Shown one piece after another: positions 25,696 to 39,505 of a stretch of DNA of 64,000 bases. The stretch spans positions 6,921,888 to 6,985,887 of the forward strand of contig NC_092676.1 in NCBI RefSeq assembly GCF_964355755.1, given 5' to 3'. The notes under the pieces were generated by a model. It was not told where the DNA came from and did no database searches. It worked only from the letters and a program-made list of their open reading frames with translations. Source of the DNA: Antedon mediterranea. Lineage: Eukaryota > Animalia > Echinodermata. Position numbers and translations under genes: made by a program. Positions within the stretch are counted from its first letter, which is position 1. The number at the start of each line of letters is the position of its first letter.

Positions 25696-26560
25696 TAAAA
25701 TTAAGATTCATTATGGAACATATTGGACAATCATGTCATATTAGTTAAAATTTAATTAAATTTGATTTATAAAAACATACATGATTTTAATTTCAATAAA
25801 TATATTTGTGTTTAGGTGGGAGAAATAATACTAAGTATCTACGGATATTAAGTATCATTAGTATTTATAAAATAAAATGTCAAAAACAATGTATCATATT
25901 AAAAAAAAATGAGCGATTGACACTTAAAGTGAACAGGGTGCTCTTAGCTAGGCCATGTCAACTACTGTACTACTGTCTAGGGAGATATTTTTTAATACAA
26001 AAAAAGCTTTGGTAGGCTTTGATAAAATGTAATCATAGGCCAGCTAAGCGTGTTCCTTTTCTAAAAAGGCCGGTGCTTATCTAGCAATACAGTAAGATAG
26101 TACACATGGGACAAATTCTCTACTGAAAATCGGCATGGTTTATTATAATTTGGTTTGTCTGTGGGAAAATTTAATACATTACGATTCAGTGCACAAATTC
26201 TTGAGTAATAATATAAAGCAATCTTTTAAAAACATAATTATTATTAATAAATTTACATGATTTTTATATAATTTCGGGAGTTGTCATCATCAGAATAGGT
26301 TTTTAAAACATTGAATATTTACAACCTGACCAAATATGGTCTGTTTTTTTAGTTTAAATATAATTTACGCTCACTCATGTGAAGCAATTCAATTTGATTT
26401 AGTACTTTATGGGAAATGTCACGAACACAGATTTATCTGTTAACATTAAATAATGTTCTGAAACATCCTTCACAGTGTATACCGTAAATACACTGACAAC
26501 TTACATGCAAACCAATTAAAAATAATACTTCAAATGTTCTTTAGTATGTTTATATACTCA

Positions 26561-27697
26561 TCAACAACATATCCGTTGTCTTTGTGGTGGCTCTTCTAGT
26601 CGCAAAGTTTCTCTCGGAGTTGAGAAACCACCTTTAATGCCATCCCATCCTTCGTGCATCTCCACTTCTCCTTCTTGAAGTTTCACGTAAATTTCTTTAG
26701 CCATCACCGAAAACGCAGCCTCTACGTTAATACATGCTTTCGCGGATGTTTCTATATACTTCATTCCGTAAGCTTTCGCAAACTTCTCGCCTTCTTCCGC
26801 AGCTACTTGTCGTAATTCTTTTAAATCACTTTTGTGACCGATTATCATGTACACAACGCTTCTTGGGTAAATTACATTTTCTTGAGCCTCTAGGAACCAT
26901 TCCTGTAGATGCTCGAAACTTTTACGATTTGAAATGTCAAAAACGAGCAATACTCCTACAGAATTGCGATAGTAGGACGTTGTTATAGATCTGAAGTTTA
27001 AACAAATTTAACATAGGCCTAGTATTATTTTAATAATTTTCATCACTGACTTCTTTTTATAATATTGTATTACTAATAGTGTTTTTAAATATTGTTTGGT
27101 AAAAACACATACTATTATTTACTATTATAATAAAATATTGATCAAATAATTTATATTAAATACACATACGACCAACTACAGTAAACTAATATAAATAATA
27201 ATATTAATAACATTCTGCCCTGAAAATATTAATTGAATCAAAATTAATCGTGGAAAGTGTAGTGTAGGTCCTACTAGCCTACTATTTTCTTACTGACTCA
27301 CTCATATAGGTCTATGTATGTAGATATTGTTTATAAAATACTGTACCGTACAATAATATTATTATTAACAAAGAATCAGTAATTTTTAGGCCTAAATAAA
27401 AGTGACAGTATTAAAAAATAGAAATATTCTGAAGTTATTTTACCTAAAACGTTCTTGACCTGCTGTATCCCATAGCTGCAGTTTAACTCGTCTACCTGGT
27501 GCAACTTCTATAAGTCTTGCATAAAAATCTACACCTACAGTAGGGTCTGAAGTTTCTACAAATTTACCATCACAAAATCGTCGCAACAAACACGATTTTC
27601 CTACCGTTGAATCCCCAACCAAAATCATTCGAAATTGGTACTCCCATATAACTTCTGGTGGCAACCCTGCCAATTGATCCCCACTCATATCGTTCAT
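26561..27697 (-). CDS. RAB39: Ras-related protein Rab-39 (2 exons, 227 aa)
   Basis: Exon 1 27697-27444 and exon 2 26990-26561, with a phase-2 GT-AG intron in QERFR|SITTSYYRNSVG. Motifs: IWEYQFRMILVGDSTVGKS (P-loop), DPTVGVDF, WDTAGQE, GHKSD, ETSAK, the Rab39-typical EGWDGIKGG, and a C-terminal CC prenylation site. Confidence 0.96.
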
Positions 27698-28622
27698 TTT
27701 TATATTATTCTTTTAAACGTATAAGTACAAACCGTAATTAGCACACTAATTATTAGTTAATCAGTTATTTGTTTTGGACATTCAATAAAAAGGTGTTTTC
27801 CTTCATTTTCTTTCGTTATAAACATGAACTTTGACCCACCACAAGAAGACTTTTAAATTGTAAAATACGTTTTTGACCTGTGCACTGAAACGCTCAATTA
27901 ACTAGAGATGTTTGTGTATTTGAACTTGTTATTTTTATCACCATAAAGTAACTATAAAATTATCATATAGATAAGTTTAATTGCTATAAATATAACCAAA
28001 ATTATTCTAAATATGACAAAGTAAAACATAGAAAACCGGCTTATGATAACCATTTTGTGAACCGCATTGACATGACTTTTCCATAAAGTAGCACCCACAG
28101 TAACTTATCATTTACGAGTTCGTTGATTGGATGAAATGTGTAACATTCTGGCTGGCTGCCCAATTAAAGGTATTGTTTTATCTTTTTTCTGTTTACACGA
28201 GGTCGCCTTATTTAAAGTACTTTTTTAGAATCAGATAGGTAAACATGTGCGTTGTGCGTGGTATATGGATTTTGGAAGGAAAATCGGACACGAAAATTCA
28301 TGTATATCCTGAAGTTTAAAGTGCAGATAATTTATACATATAATGAACATTTTAACTTATACGTTTTAGACATTGAAAAATAATAAATTGTTTGTTGTAG
28401 GCCTAGTTGAAAAATAGAAAACGGTTCTCCTGCTGGGCCAGGCACTCATCATTATTAAAAGGCAAAACACAGGCACGCCGTGATCATTACGTTCGGCTTG
28501 CTTAGCACATGCCACACCACCAGCTGTTGTTGTATCTACAGTATAAGGCACAAATCGATTTTAGATGAGAACAATAGAGCCTACAATTTTATTAAGGTGG
28601 TGTAGATCATAATTCATTTAAA
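27698..28622. promoter_or_regulatory. Probable bidirectional promoter region for Rab39 and SLC35F
   Basis: The two start codons diverge 925 bp apart. CCAAT boxes lie in opposite orientations (attgg about 28126, ccaat about 28160) and CpG is locally raised. Confidence 0.6.
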
Positions 28623-31600
28623 ATGAGTTGCCAACCTGGTCCTGGTTGTGAACAATTTTGTTCAAAATTACGGAAAGTTTTTAACAGGTAGGGCCTAATT
28701 TCTTTATAATATTTTTTAATTGAATCCAAATAAGTATTAATTACAAATACAATTTTGAATTTAGATATTAATTATTATTAAGATGTATTATCCCCCTGAA
28801 AAAATAATTGTTAAATATGTTTTTATTGTTGAATAATATTAATATGCCATCTTAATGTCACAATTATTTATCCACTTTGTCTTTGACCAAACATTTGATC
28901 AATAAAAAATACCTGAAAAAGCAAAATATAGTCAAACTGGCTGCCAGCCAATGGATTTATTTTGTTTGTTTTTTTCCATACAAAGGTGATTAACTTAATT
29001 AAGACTGCAAAATACCCATGTATTCAAAGTCTGATTTTATTATTCTTTATGTTTTTGAGGACAATATACATCGTTAATTATTTTAATATTAATAAATACG
29101 CTGTGGCTAAAGATACGGTACCGTATTCTAACTTCTGTTTACTAAAGGTACGGTAAAATTGCATTACGTCATAATCAGCCAATGGGATTCTGGTACGTGT
29201 GTGACGTCATCATATAAGGATTTTTTTTTCATATCGCGTCTGTTGTATGTAGAGAATTCCTGTCGGCGGCGCCAGGCTGCATGGATGTGTGTGCGCTGAT
29301 GAGGGTTTTATTTTTATTCCAAATGGCCTTTAGGCCTATATTTTTTATTAAACTTTGTTTACAATGGTGACCATAAACAACAAGCAAATGCGGACAATAA
29401 AGGGGCCCTCAAATACTATGATTTTTAGACAGTAGCCCCAGTGCTGAGTCAATCATCAGCGCACACATGCAGCTGACCCCAGCCTGGCATCGCTTTCCCT
29501 ACACACAAACAAACTGAGGTTATAGTACGTAGTAAGTAGGCCTAGGCCTCTTTTGAAACGGTTTTCTCTGTATTCTAGAATTAAAATCAACATGTTTTCG
29601 CTTTTCAATAATAATAACAGACGTAGGCTACATTTAGTTTTTGTCACACACGACGGCGATAATAGCGATACATGAAGCATAAAGAAAATGCGGTTGATAC
29701 TGTTTTCGCGATATGAAAAAAAATTCCAAAGTCCTTATACGATGACGTCACACACGTACCAGCACCCCATTGGCTGGTTATGACGTAATGCAATTTTACC
29801 GTACCTTTAGTAAACAGAAGTTAGAATACGGTACCGTATCTTTAGCCACGGCGTAATAAATATTAATTTATTGAATTCAATTGTTTTAAAATGTCAATGA
29901 ATAATCACTAACACCTGAAATTGTGTATACAATAAACACAGTAATAATTTAGACTTTCTTTTTAACCACAGAGATTTTATAAAGTTGTTGATAGGAGGTC
30001 AAATTTTATCTTTACTGATTTGCGGAACGGGTGTAACGAGCCAACTGTTGAATTCTGAACATGGAATAAATGCTCCAACAACTCAAAGTTTTCTCAACTA
30101 TTTGCTACTCACTATTGTGTATTGCACCCAGCTTTGTTTTAGATCAGACAATAATAATTTTTATCATATATGTCGTAATCGCGGTTGGAAATATTTGCTT
30201 GTGGCGTTAATCGATGTTGAAGCTAATTACATGGTTGTAAAAGCATATCAATACACAACACTGACCAGTGTACAGGTAATTGGTGTTGGCTAGTATTAGT
30301 AATAATGTATATAAAAGGTTTGATGATGGGTACTAGTTCATGTTGGTGCAGTATCTACTCCTGAAACATTGGGCTTTAATCAAATGCTACAGTACATAGC
30401 CATCAACTTACGAGTTAAGAGATTGTTTACTATTTATAGGCATCAATGAATGTTCACCCCTTATTAAATGAGGTTACTAGGTTCTCCCCCCACCCTATAC
30501 CCCCAATATCTTAGATGATTTTGTGCTATGGAAAGCCATTTTGCAGTATAAAATTTATTTAAAAATCGTAACTCCTGAAGGGATAAACAAATTAACTGTA
30601 AAATGTTCAACAAAAGATTGGCCTGCATCACTGTATGATTAATTTTTTCACCCCCTAAAATCCATCGAAAAAAAAGCACTACAGTGTATAATCATAATCA
30701 CCATGACAAATGTGGGCCTATATACTGTGGTGATCAAAAGACTTTCAATCATACACTACAGGGAATTAGGCCAATCTTTTATGAACATTTTATGATCTTT
30801 AAATTAACATGGTGCCCTGAAATCCACTGAAAACGCTATGTTATTTTTGTTTTTTTTACATTCGGCTGGTGTGCAAGATGGCTTTCATAGCACGAAAATC
30901 GTCTATTCTCATGGTTTAACAATATTTATTCTTCATTTAGCTTTTAGATTGCATCTCAATACCTGCTGTTTTATTGCTGTCGTATGTTATTTTAAAGACC
31001 AAGTTTTTTGCCAACCACATCATAGGCATAATTGTATGCTTGATTGGAGTTCCGCTTATGGTCTGGGCTGACCTCAAAACTGGACGTTCACATACTAATG
31101 GTCAGTTACTTTTTTATCTTGATCAAAATATTTTAAAAATTATTATTTAAAAAGGTTGACAAAAGAGATAACCATTGTAATGAGTCACAAGTATATGTTT
31201 TATTATATACATACGGGTAATTACATGACAGTTTTGTTACCTCTGCCTAGGAGAGGTAATATTTTTGTCTGAAATATTTAGCTGTGTGCACGAATACAGT
31301 AAGTATGTTCTGTTAAGTTTGCTGGATAATGTAAAAAAATACAGATCTTTAGCATATAACATTAAATTAATTAAATTGATATTGAAACGATTTTTTTTTA
31401 CTCCTGGCTGAGGTTGCAACTCTCCTGACTTACTCTTGTTTAGATTATAATTTTATTTCCCACTTTCGTGTTTGGCTCTTGGGTCGTACAGTAGTTCCCC
31501 CAGTCTATGAGATAAAATAACTCCTGGCATGGGATTATGACATTTACACGTTTCTTAAATTGTTATGTAGGGTCTGATAAGTTACTTGGTGATATGCTAT

Positions 31601-34600
31601 GCATTGTGGGTGCATCGTTGTATGGTGTATCAAACGTGGCCGAAGAGTATGCTGTGCGGTTTTACTCACGGACAGAATTTCTTGGGCTTATTGGTTTATT
31701 TGGAAGTTTCATCTGTGGCATTCAACTGTAAGTTAAAAATAGAAATTAAGAAAGGACTCTCTTTCTGAGAGTGTACCTTTTTTTTATATTTTTTATTTAA
31801 ACCTTATTAAATAGACGGGAACCCTAAACAGCGTATGCTGACCATCAAGGGGCCCTCAAGATGAGTCTGTGCCTATGTATATTTTAGTGCACCAGGGTAA
31901 CCCCCTATTCGTCTCGCAAGATGTACTAGGTTCTTTAAAGTGCACATAGGCTGGATGTGTACACTGGTCATACGGTTTATAGTCCTTATCCGTGAAGACT
32001 TCTTCTACCACCAGAGCCGTAGAGCGAGTGAGGCTCGAACCTTTGCCGATGTTATGGCTATGTAATTACAGTTTCACTGTCTTACCCACTTGCTCTCCCA
32101 CAGCTCAGAAAATTAACACAAAACAATTAAACCTGTTAATTTTGTTTTTCTGACAAGCCCTCTCTAAGTATTAATAATTAATATGTAATAATGCTGAATC
32201 TGAAACAATGATTGGTACTGTAATTGGAGGGACATGTTGAGATAGCTAAACAAAACCTCCTTTCAGGTTACTAAAGCACTGTTATGTTTTATATTCTGTT
32301 TTATCACCTGCCTGTAATTTTTTTATAGGTTACTGTAAGCGAGTAAGGCTCCAACCCTTGCCAATGTTATGGCTAGGTATTAGGGTTCCACTATCTTAAC
32401 CGCTTGGCCACTCACTCGCTCACCAACAGCTCGGAAAACCATTACACCTTAATTGTCTTTTTGTGACAAGCCTTATCTAGTATTAATAATTAATATGTAA
32501 TAATGCTGAATCTGAAACAATGATTGGTACTCTAATTGGAGGGACATGTTGAGATAGCTAAACATAACCTCCTTTCATGTTACTAAAGCATTGTTATGTT
32601 TTATATTCTGTTTATCACCTGACTGTAATTTATTATAGCTTCTAAATATTTACAATCCCATACAGTAGCATGTGATTGTCAATTGACATTAATGTTGCAA
32701 TAAAGTTAACTGATGATCACATGATGATAAATAAACAACTTTTAATCATTTTTTCACTTCAAAATTGTAATCGCATTTTACAACCATTAAGTTTTATGCA
32801 ATAATGTTTATTCTATATGTTATATATATTTTTTGTTCATACAGTACTAATAATATTTAAGAAGAATTTCTATTGTTATTTACCTCCGCCAAGGAGGTAT
32901 GTAATCGATCGCGTGTGTTTGTTTGTCTGTCTGTTTGTTTGTTAGCAGGATTCTTCAAAAAGTAATTAACCTGTACAATATTTCGACTAAAATGAATATA
33001 CAGATAGATATGTGGTCAAGGACCATTCCATTAAATTTTGGGACCATGGTCCCAATTCTGGACCACTTTTTAATACACTTTTCAGACCTGCTAGTGTTAA
33101 AAGATAGGACAGAATTTTTCAAAAGCCGGCGAGCAGTCTTAATTTAAAGTAACAAGTAAACTGAAATTGCATTTTTTCAAGAACTACTTGTCCAAAAAAC
33201 TTCATTTTTGTACAGGAGGCAAGAGTTATAATTTGTGATTTGTAATTTTAAAACATAAGTTGATTTAATATACAGGTTTTTGGATGCGAATAGTTTAAAA
33301 AACCTGATTCTTTTCAAATTCACTCGTTTGATTTTCGCGTTGCTGTTCTATTGTTAGTCAACTAAAGCTATTGTTAATTGAAAGGCTTGTTACATAACCA
33401 TTACACCAAACTCGCATACACATGCTTGTAGTGAAAATAGCCTAAATCACAAACAGCATTAAGAAACGCACAAATATATATATATATATATATATATTTT
33501 CCTGGAGAAATCTTATGTAGGAGAATTTTACAGTAGGCGGAGGTATCCACTCTCGGAGTGGCTTTCTAGTTGTATGATGATAATAGACAAATATAACATT
33601 TCAGAGTATTTAGTAAATAAGATATTCTACTGTACTTGCAAAAAATAGCATTAATTGAATTTAACTTTTTATCTTTCCAGAATTATTTTAGAACGTGAAG
33701 AGTTAATGACATTTGCATGGAATTGGCAAGCTATTTTACTACTGCTTGGTTTTGCAATATGCCTTTTCAGTTTATATTCCTTGATGCCAACCGTAATCAG
33801 ACTTAGCAGCGCCATGGCCGTTAACTTGTCATTACTAACGGCAGATATTTATGGTCTTCTGATTGGTCTATTTGTTTTTCATTATCATGTAAGTTGTTGT
33901 TTACGATGAGAGGTAAATTTAGGTGAACGAACTCTGTTTGAAAATCTTGTATGTAAAGCCTTATCTACAGTATCAAACTTTATGTGACAACAAAATGTAA
34001 TGTGACCATATATGGACATAATGATGTCATATCACTACCATGTTTGGGCATATCACTATCACATTTGGGCAAATCACACACAAACTAATTTGATAGTGTA
34101 GACAGAGCTTTAGGCAAAAAGTTAACTGATGATTATCAGATAAAAGTTCTTGAAATATGTCCTCCTGACGTCGCATGGCCACCACAAATTATGTGACGCA
34201 TGTACAATTTCACTGTCTGTGTCGGCAATTGTGAGCAGCAATGGCTAAACACTTAGCTCAGAAATCAAAAGGATAATTAAATTGAAGTTAATTAGAAAAA
34301 AAATGAGAAGTTGTTTAGGCAATTGCAGACATTGGTGCCCAAATGGAAACCTAATTTTTGGAAATTTTGCGAGGTCTGCAAGTACATAATAATAAAGTAC
34401 ATAAATAAGTAAGTAAATAAAAATACATAATGAAATACATAATACTAATAACTTTTCTTTCTTCTCCAGTTTTCGTTTTTGTATTTCTTCTCGTTTGTGA
34501 CAATCGTCTGCGGAATCATCGTGTACAGTATGAGGAAAACTGAAGTTGCTGTGCCGCCAACTAATTATCGCGAGTTCAGTAATGAAGACGACAACGATGC

Positions 34601-34691
34601 GGATGTTACCGGTGATACTGACGATGTAGACGCTATCCACCAGTCAGCAAGGAAGTGCTTAAACGGCGATCAAACTGTTGAAAATCCATAA
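28623..34691 (+). CDS. SLC35F2: Solute carrier family 35 member F1/F2-like transporter (6 coding exons, about 371 aa)
   Basis: Exons 28623-28687, 29972-30275, 30941-31100, 31571-31727, 33681-33888, 34470-34691 splice in frame (1116 nt). Motifs [67 protein letters not shown] and [11 protein letters not shown] are typical of SLC35F1/F2. It is probably a co-ortholog of both, so the symbol is nominal. Confidence 0.93.
29099..29853. mobile_element. Tc1/mariner-type non-autonomous element, about 120-bp TIRs, TA target duplication
   Basis: TA|cgctgtggctaaagatacggtaccgtattctaac ... gttagaatacggtaccgtatctttagccacggcg|TA. The TIRs are near-perfect and there is no transposase ORF. Confidence 0.9.
32025..32640. 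repeat. About 310-bp tandem duplication in an SLC35F intron
   Basis: 32025-32330 matches 32339-32640 (gtattaataattaatatgtaataatgctgaatctgaaacaatgattggtact occurs twice). Confidence 0.9.
32881..33570 (+). mobile_element. Helentron/DINE-1-like non-autonomous rolling-circle element
   Basis: The 5' end tacctccgccaaggagg is followed by a (gttt/gtct)n microsatellite. The 3' end has the subterminal inverted copy ggcggaggta, the hairpin ccactctcggagtgg and a terminal ctagt. Confidence 0.8.
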
Positions 34692-34769
34692 TTTGGAAAA
34701 AAAAAAGTTTAAAATGTGAAGCAGTAGTTTAAATTACAGCTGAAGCCATATTTGAGATACCCCAATTCA

Positions 34770-35375
34770 GTCGACACCCCTGTGGAACATATAAGGGGCA
34801 ATGCTTTTTGAGGACACACTCTGTTTGGTCCAGAAGGTGTCCCCTTAATAGAGATTCTACTATACAATGTAATCCACACTCATAGAGGACTTGTCTGGAA
34901 TAGACGATATGATAATTACTCATTAGTTGGTTTGGATGCTACCTCCGTTTCTTGTTTTTAATGAGAACACCTTCTTTCAAGGAGAAACTTTGCTGGGTCT
35001 TCTTAAGGTGTCCTCTTAGTGGAAGTTCTACTATACAATGTAATCTAAAATCATAGAATACTTGTCTAAAACAGACGAAAGGATAATAACTCATTACCTG
35101 TGGGTTGGATCCTATCTCCTGTTTCTTGTTTTTAATGAGAACACCTTCTTTTAAGGAGAAACTTTGCTGGGTCTCGAAGGTGTCCCCTTAATAGAGTCTC
35201 TAATATAGAATGTAATCTAAAAGCATAGAGGACTTGTCTCGAATAGATATGATAATAACTTATTACCTGTGGGTTGGATCCTATCTCCTGTTTCTTGAGT
35301 TAATGAGAACACCCTCTTTTAATGAGAACTTTGCTGGGTCTTAAAGGTGTCCCCTTAATAGAGGTTCTACTGTGC
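34770..35375. repeat. About 155-bp tandem repeat (about 4 copies) just 3' of the SLC35F stop
   Basis: aaggtgtccccttaatagaggttctacta...gacttgtct...gataataactcatt...aatgagaacacc recurs. The unit includes a Tc1-like end (reverse complement cagtagaacctctattaagggg). Confidence 0.85.
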
Positions 35376-35459
35376 CATGGTTTAGTTTGCATAGAGATTC
35401 GCCATAAAATGAACAAAGTTTAGATTAAATTACTGTATATATATTTTATTTTCTGTTAA

Positions 35460-35728
35460 AGATGTATTGTCCCACAAAAACATGAAAAATGAAGAATCAT
35501 AAAAAAGACAAAACAAACAGTAAATTCATCCAAAAACCCATTGACTTTTGAATAAATGAATTTGACTATTTGTTGATTTAAATTACAGTTTTTTAAATAA
35601 TTGAATAGTTAAATAATTTTTTTTGGATCCAGTTTTTGGTCAAAATGAACTATTATGTGACTTTAAAATGACATTATTTAACAAAAGCATTAAAAAAAGT
35701 TGTTTTTGTCAGGGAGACAATAATATCT
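35460..35728. mobile_element. Kolobok-like MITE family, about 270-330 bp (representative copy)
   Basis: TTAA|agatgtattgtccc ... gggagacaataatatct|TTAA. Related copies lie at about 11315-11651, 12845-12985 (partial), 21820-22112 and 28778-29077. Confidence 0.75.
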
Positions 35729-36834
35729 TTAATAAAAAATAATACAGGAATGTATTTGTTACATAAAGTATGCATACATACATTTTCTCATTTAGTCTAG
35801 GTTTTTAGATACCAAATCATTGTGGTTATCATGATCTGAATTTAGTCCTAGAAAAGGATATTCTCAAAGAATTTTTTTTTTAATCAAAATTTAATTTTAC
35901 AATACACACTCACAGAAACAAATTAAAGCTATTTTTGTATTGTTAAATTGACAATTAAATGTATACAGCTAGCTAAGTACTTAATACAGTGAGATGTCTT
36001 TACCAAGAAGGACGTTTTGTGAGCTTTTTCTACATTTTGCATTGCAAACATGTTGGCAAAGGTGCAAGTCATGTTCACCCGATTTTGTCATTGTGTGTTT
36101 TTAGGATAAAAAAGAAAAAACAAATGTGTAAAAAAAAAGATATTGCCTTTTACGACGCATTCAGTTTATTTTAAAATTAGCACCAACTTGAAAAGTATTT
36201 ATTTTCACATTGTTTAATGTATAAAATAGATGTTATAAATTTTGAATAGTTAGTAGTCTTATTAGATAAGAAAAACTGCAATACAGTTGCCTTGCTCGGG
36301 AAAAGTAATGTTGCTAAAAGTAACTTTACATTTCTATTTAAGACAAATTATTTTAATGGTTGTTGATCTTAAATTATTATGGGTAGTTTTGGAGGAAGAA
36401 ATCAAAATTTTAAAACTAAAATTGAGCAGTGGAATTATCAGAACAATCTATCAACTATTTCTGGGGAAGCTGTACCGTACTCAACTATGTCCATCTCTTG
36501 CTCCCCACCCACCTTTTTTTTTGTTGGAGAAAAGAACAAATTTGTTTATTTATTTATGATGAGTGTGGTCATCCAGCTAAACTGATCATTTATGGACCCT
36601 CAGAACAATACTGTTATTTATGATTAAGCCTGTCAAAAGAAGACAATGGGTTTTATATATGAACTTTTTTTTCTTGACTGCTACAAATAATGTATCTTTA
36701 AAATTGATTTTTTGAAATTGGAAATAAAGAGAAGATTATTGGTGTAAAATAAATGTGTTGGAAATATATTAAACATAATTATGTTGATCGGTCACTTATG
36801 TTTGATTCATCCAGCACAAGTTAAGTACAGTATT

Positions 36835-36930
36835 GACTTCGAGTCGCGTCTGTTGGCATGGCAAAATGAGTTAACCAATCGGATCTCTTATATCCGAGTA
36901 ACTATACCCACAATTCATTGCTGTAGGTGG
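36835..36930 (+). promoter_or_regulatory. DYNLT1 promoter with X-box-like, CCAAT and ZNF143/Staf-like motifs
   Basis: GTTGGCATGGCAAA (36852-36865) resembles the RFX X-box. CCAAT lies at about 36875. ACTATACCCACAATTCATTG (36901-36920) resembles the Staf-binding site. All are 100-180 bp upstream of the ATG. Confidence 0.5.
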
Positions 36931-37025
36931 AAACGTCGAAAAAAACATTCGTCTTCGCCCCGAAAACTAAATCGAAAAGATTTTAGTATTTATTATCCAT
37001 AAAAAACTATTCATTCAATTTAGTA

Positions 37026-38194
37026 ATGGATGATTTTCAGTCCCCAGAAGAGGTAGGTTTGTTTGGTTCGTTTGCCGATTCTGAACAAACGTAGTTAAGC
37101 AAGATAGGCTGACCTAAAAGGCTAGGCCAACCAGCAGCAGGCAGGCAATTTTCTGAATGTTGATGCACTGGCGCTTGTTGGTGATATCGGTAACCAAGTA
37201 CGGTCGCCATAGCCTAGGCCTAGTTATTTATGTCAAATGCTGCTCGGCATTTGGATGTTCATTTAATGGCAATTGTACTTTAAATACATAAGGCACAATT
37301 AAGCTAGGGTGTAGCCTAGTTAAGTTAGGCCTAATATAATTGTAATAATGGTAATTTTAAAATTAATACAGTATCTACTAGCCTCTATCTATAGGCCCCT
37401 AGGCCTATTATATATAAATTTACGTAAGGGCATTAAATACAATTTGTTTTTCAATAAATTGCCAGCATTTTATTTTTATTATTTTTAAATTGTAACATTT
37501 TGTTGTTGTTTAAAAGACTGCTTTTGTGGTGGATGAAGTGAGCAACATCATCAAAGAAGCTGTTGAAGGTACAATTGGAGGAAATGCCTATCAACATAAC
37601 AAAATTAACCAATGGACGTCGAACGTAGTGGAACAATGTCTCAACCAATTGACTAAATTAGGGAAACCCTTTAAATATATAGGTAATTCAAATGTATCAA
37701 ACATTTATTTCATCAAATGTCATACAAATAATACAGAGCATAAAATGAGGACCAACCTAAAAGTAAACTTGTCTCAGTTGACCCTTTAACATGGTTACAG
37801 AAAAAGTTGAATTGGTCAATATGGCGCTGTAGATGATGACTATTTAAAAATATGTAAATATTAATGAACTTTAACTTAACTGAAAACAATAATTATTATG
37901 TAATGTATTGCAGCTTAAACATTGTAAATTGATGTTTTTAAATTTGATGTGCTTTCTTTTACATTGTAATTTTTGAATTGGATAAATAAACCTAGGCCCA
38001 TGCTTTTTTTTAATTAATACTGTATAAACATTGGTTTTTTTTCAGTGTCTGCTGTCATAATGCAAAAGAATGGAGCTGGTCTACACACAGCAAGTTCATG
38101 TTTTTGGGATAACACAACAGATGGTAGTTGTACTGTGAGATGGGAAAATAAAACAATGTACTGTATTGTTAGTATCTTTGGATTAGCGATATAA
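37026..38194 (+). CDS. DYNLT1: Dynein light chain Tctex-type 1 (3 coding exons, 113 aa)
   Basis: Exons 37026-37052 (MDDFQSPEE), 37517-37682 ([14 protein letters not shown]...[11 protein letters not shown]) and 38046-38194 ([49 protein letters not shown]) total 342 nt. The protein is very close to Tctex-1. Confidence 0.97.
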
Positions 38195-39333
38195 AAAAAT
38201 AATGCGATTTGATGTACATAATATGAGTTCAGTTTATAAAATGGATGTATCAATAAAACGAATTCATTGTTTATAATGTATATTGTATTATCCTTCCAAT
38301 TTAAATGTGCATATACACTGGAATATTTTATTAATTTAAGCTCAACCTTGTTTAATATATACTTTACATTTAAACAATAGATATCTTATAATCCGTTAAT
38401 AATATAATATTAATGCCCATATGCCAATCTTCCCTATGGTTGAACTGTATTGATGATGTCAATTATTTTTTCAATATATTATTTGAACGGTTACTAAACT
38501 TATCCAAAGTTAGTTACAGTAGAGAACGTCTTTGGGAGGGAACAACCCCTTTATAGGCGTGGCTCCTGAACAGTGATTAGCCATTGGTGTTAAAACAATA
38601 TATAGATTCTTGTTCATTTCACGCCCTTCAGGGTGTATTATATGATAAGAGTACTACTGTATTAAAATCTCTCTAAATGCAACAAAAATGATTTCAGATA
38701 ATAAATAATATAATAGAAAGGGTGATTAGTTTTAAGTATTTTTTATTTATGATTTAAATATAAATTTCAATCATTCAATCAATTTATAAACATTTATGAG
38801 AAATGCCAATGTGATGTTATTAAAAAAAAAAAGATTTTTTATAATTAATTTAATCCGTTTTTGATGTACAATTTGCCAGATACTTTTATCTACATTTAGT
38901 CAGTTCCCCACCAACATGAATAACTATGTAAAATTCATGGCTTAAATTAAATGAAAGTTAGGGACAAGCGCATGCCTTCAGAATCAAAATGAAGTGTGTA
39001 TTTAGCATGTTGTGTGAATTGTGTACATTAAAAATTACTATTTAGTAAGTATAATTAATAATACTCAAGTGTGTTTTATTGTAGTTCTACAGTACAGCCA
39101 TGGAGCTATAAAATTAGATAGCTCCATCGGGTACAACCCCTATAACACTCTGTCCACACTATCACACTTAATGTGACAACAAATGTGATGTGCCCATATA
39201 TATGGACATAATGTCATACCAATACCATTTGGGCATATCACTATCATATTTAAGCACATCACATTTAGTTTGGTAGTGCAGACAGAGCTTAAGTTAAGAG
39301 AACACCTTTGGTACCTGACACAATGTCCTCTTA

Positions 39334-39505
39334 AAGGCAAATTTACACATCACAGACGTCCGAGTGGTAATGGTATAGAAATATAGAATCTATGTTATTT
39401 CTTATGACGGGCGGTTTTTTTTTCCACTCAGGATTAATACAGATTGTACGTGGGACAAGTTTTCCGTTACCGGCATTACCGCTCGTGTCTGTGTAAATTG
39501 GCCTT
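39334..39505. mobile_element. Small MITE with inverted ends
   Basis: aaggcaaatttacaca..cgagtggtaatg pairs with cattaccgctcgtgtctgtgtaaattggcctt. Confidence 0.65.
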
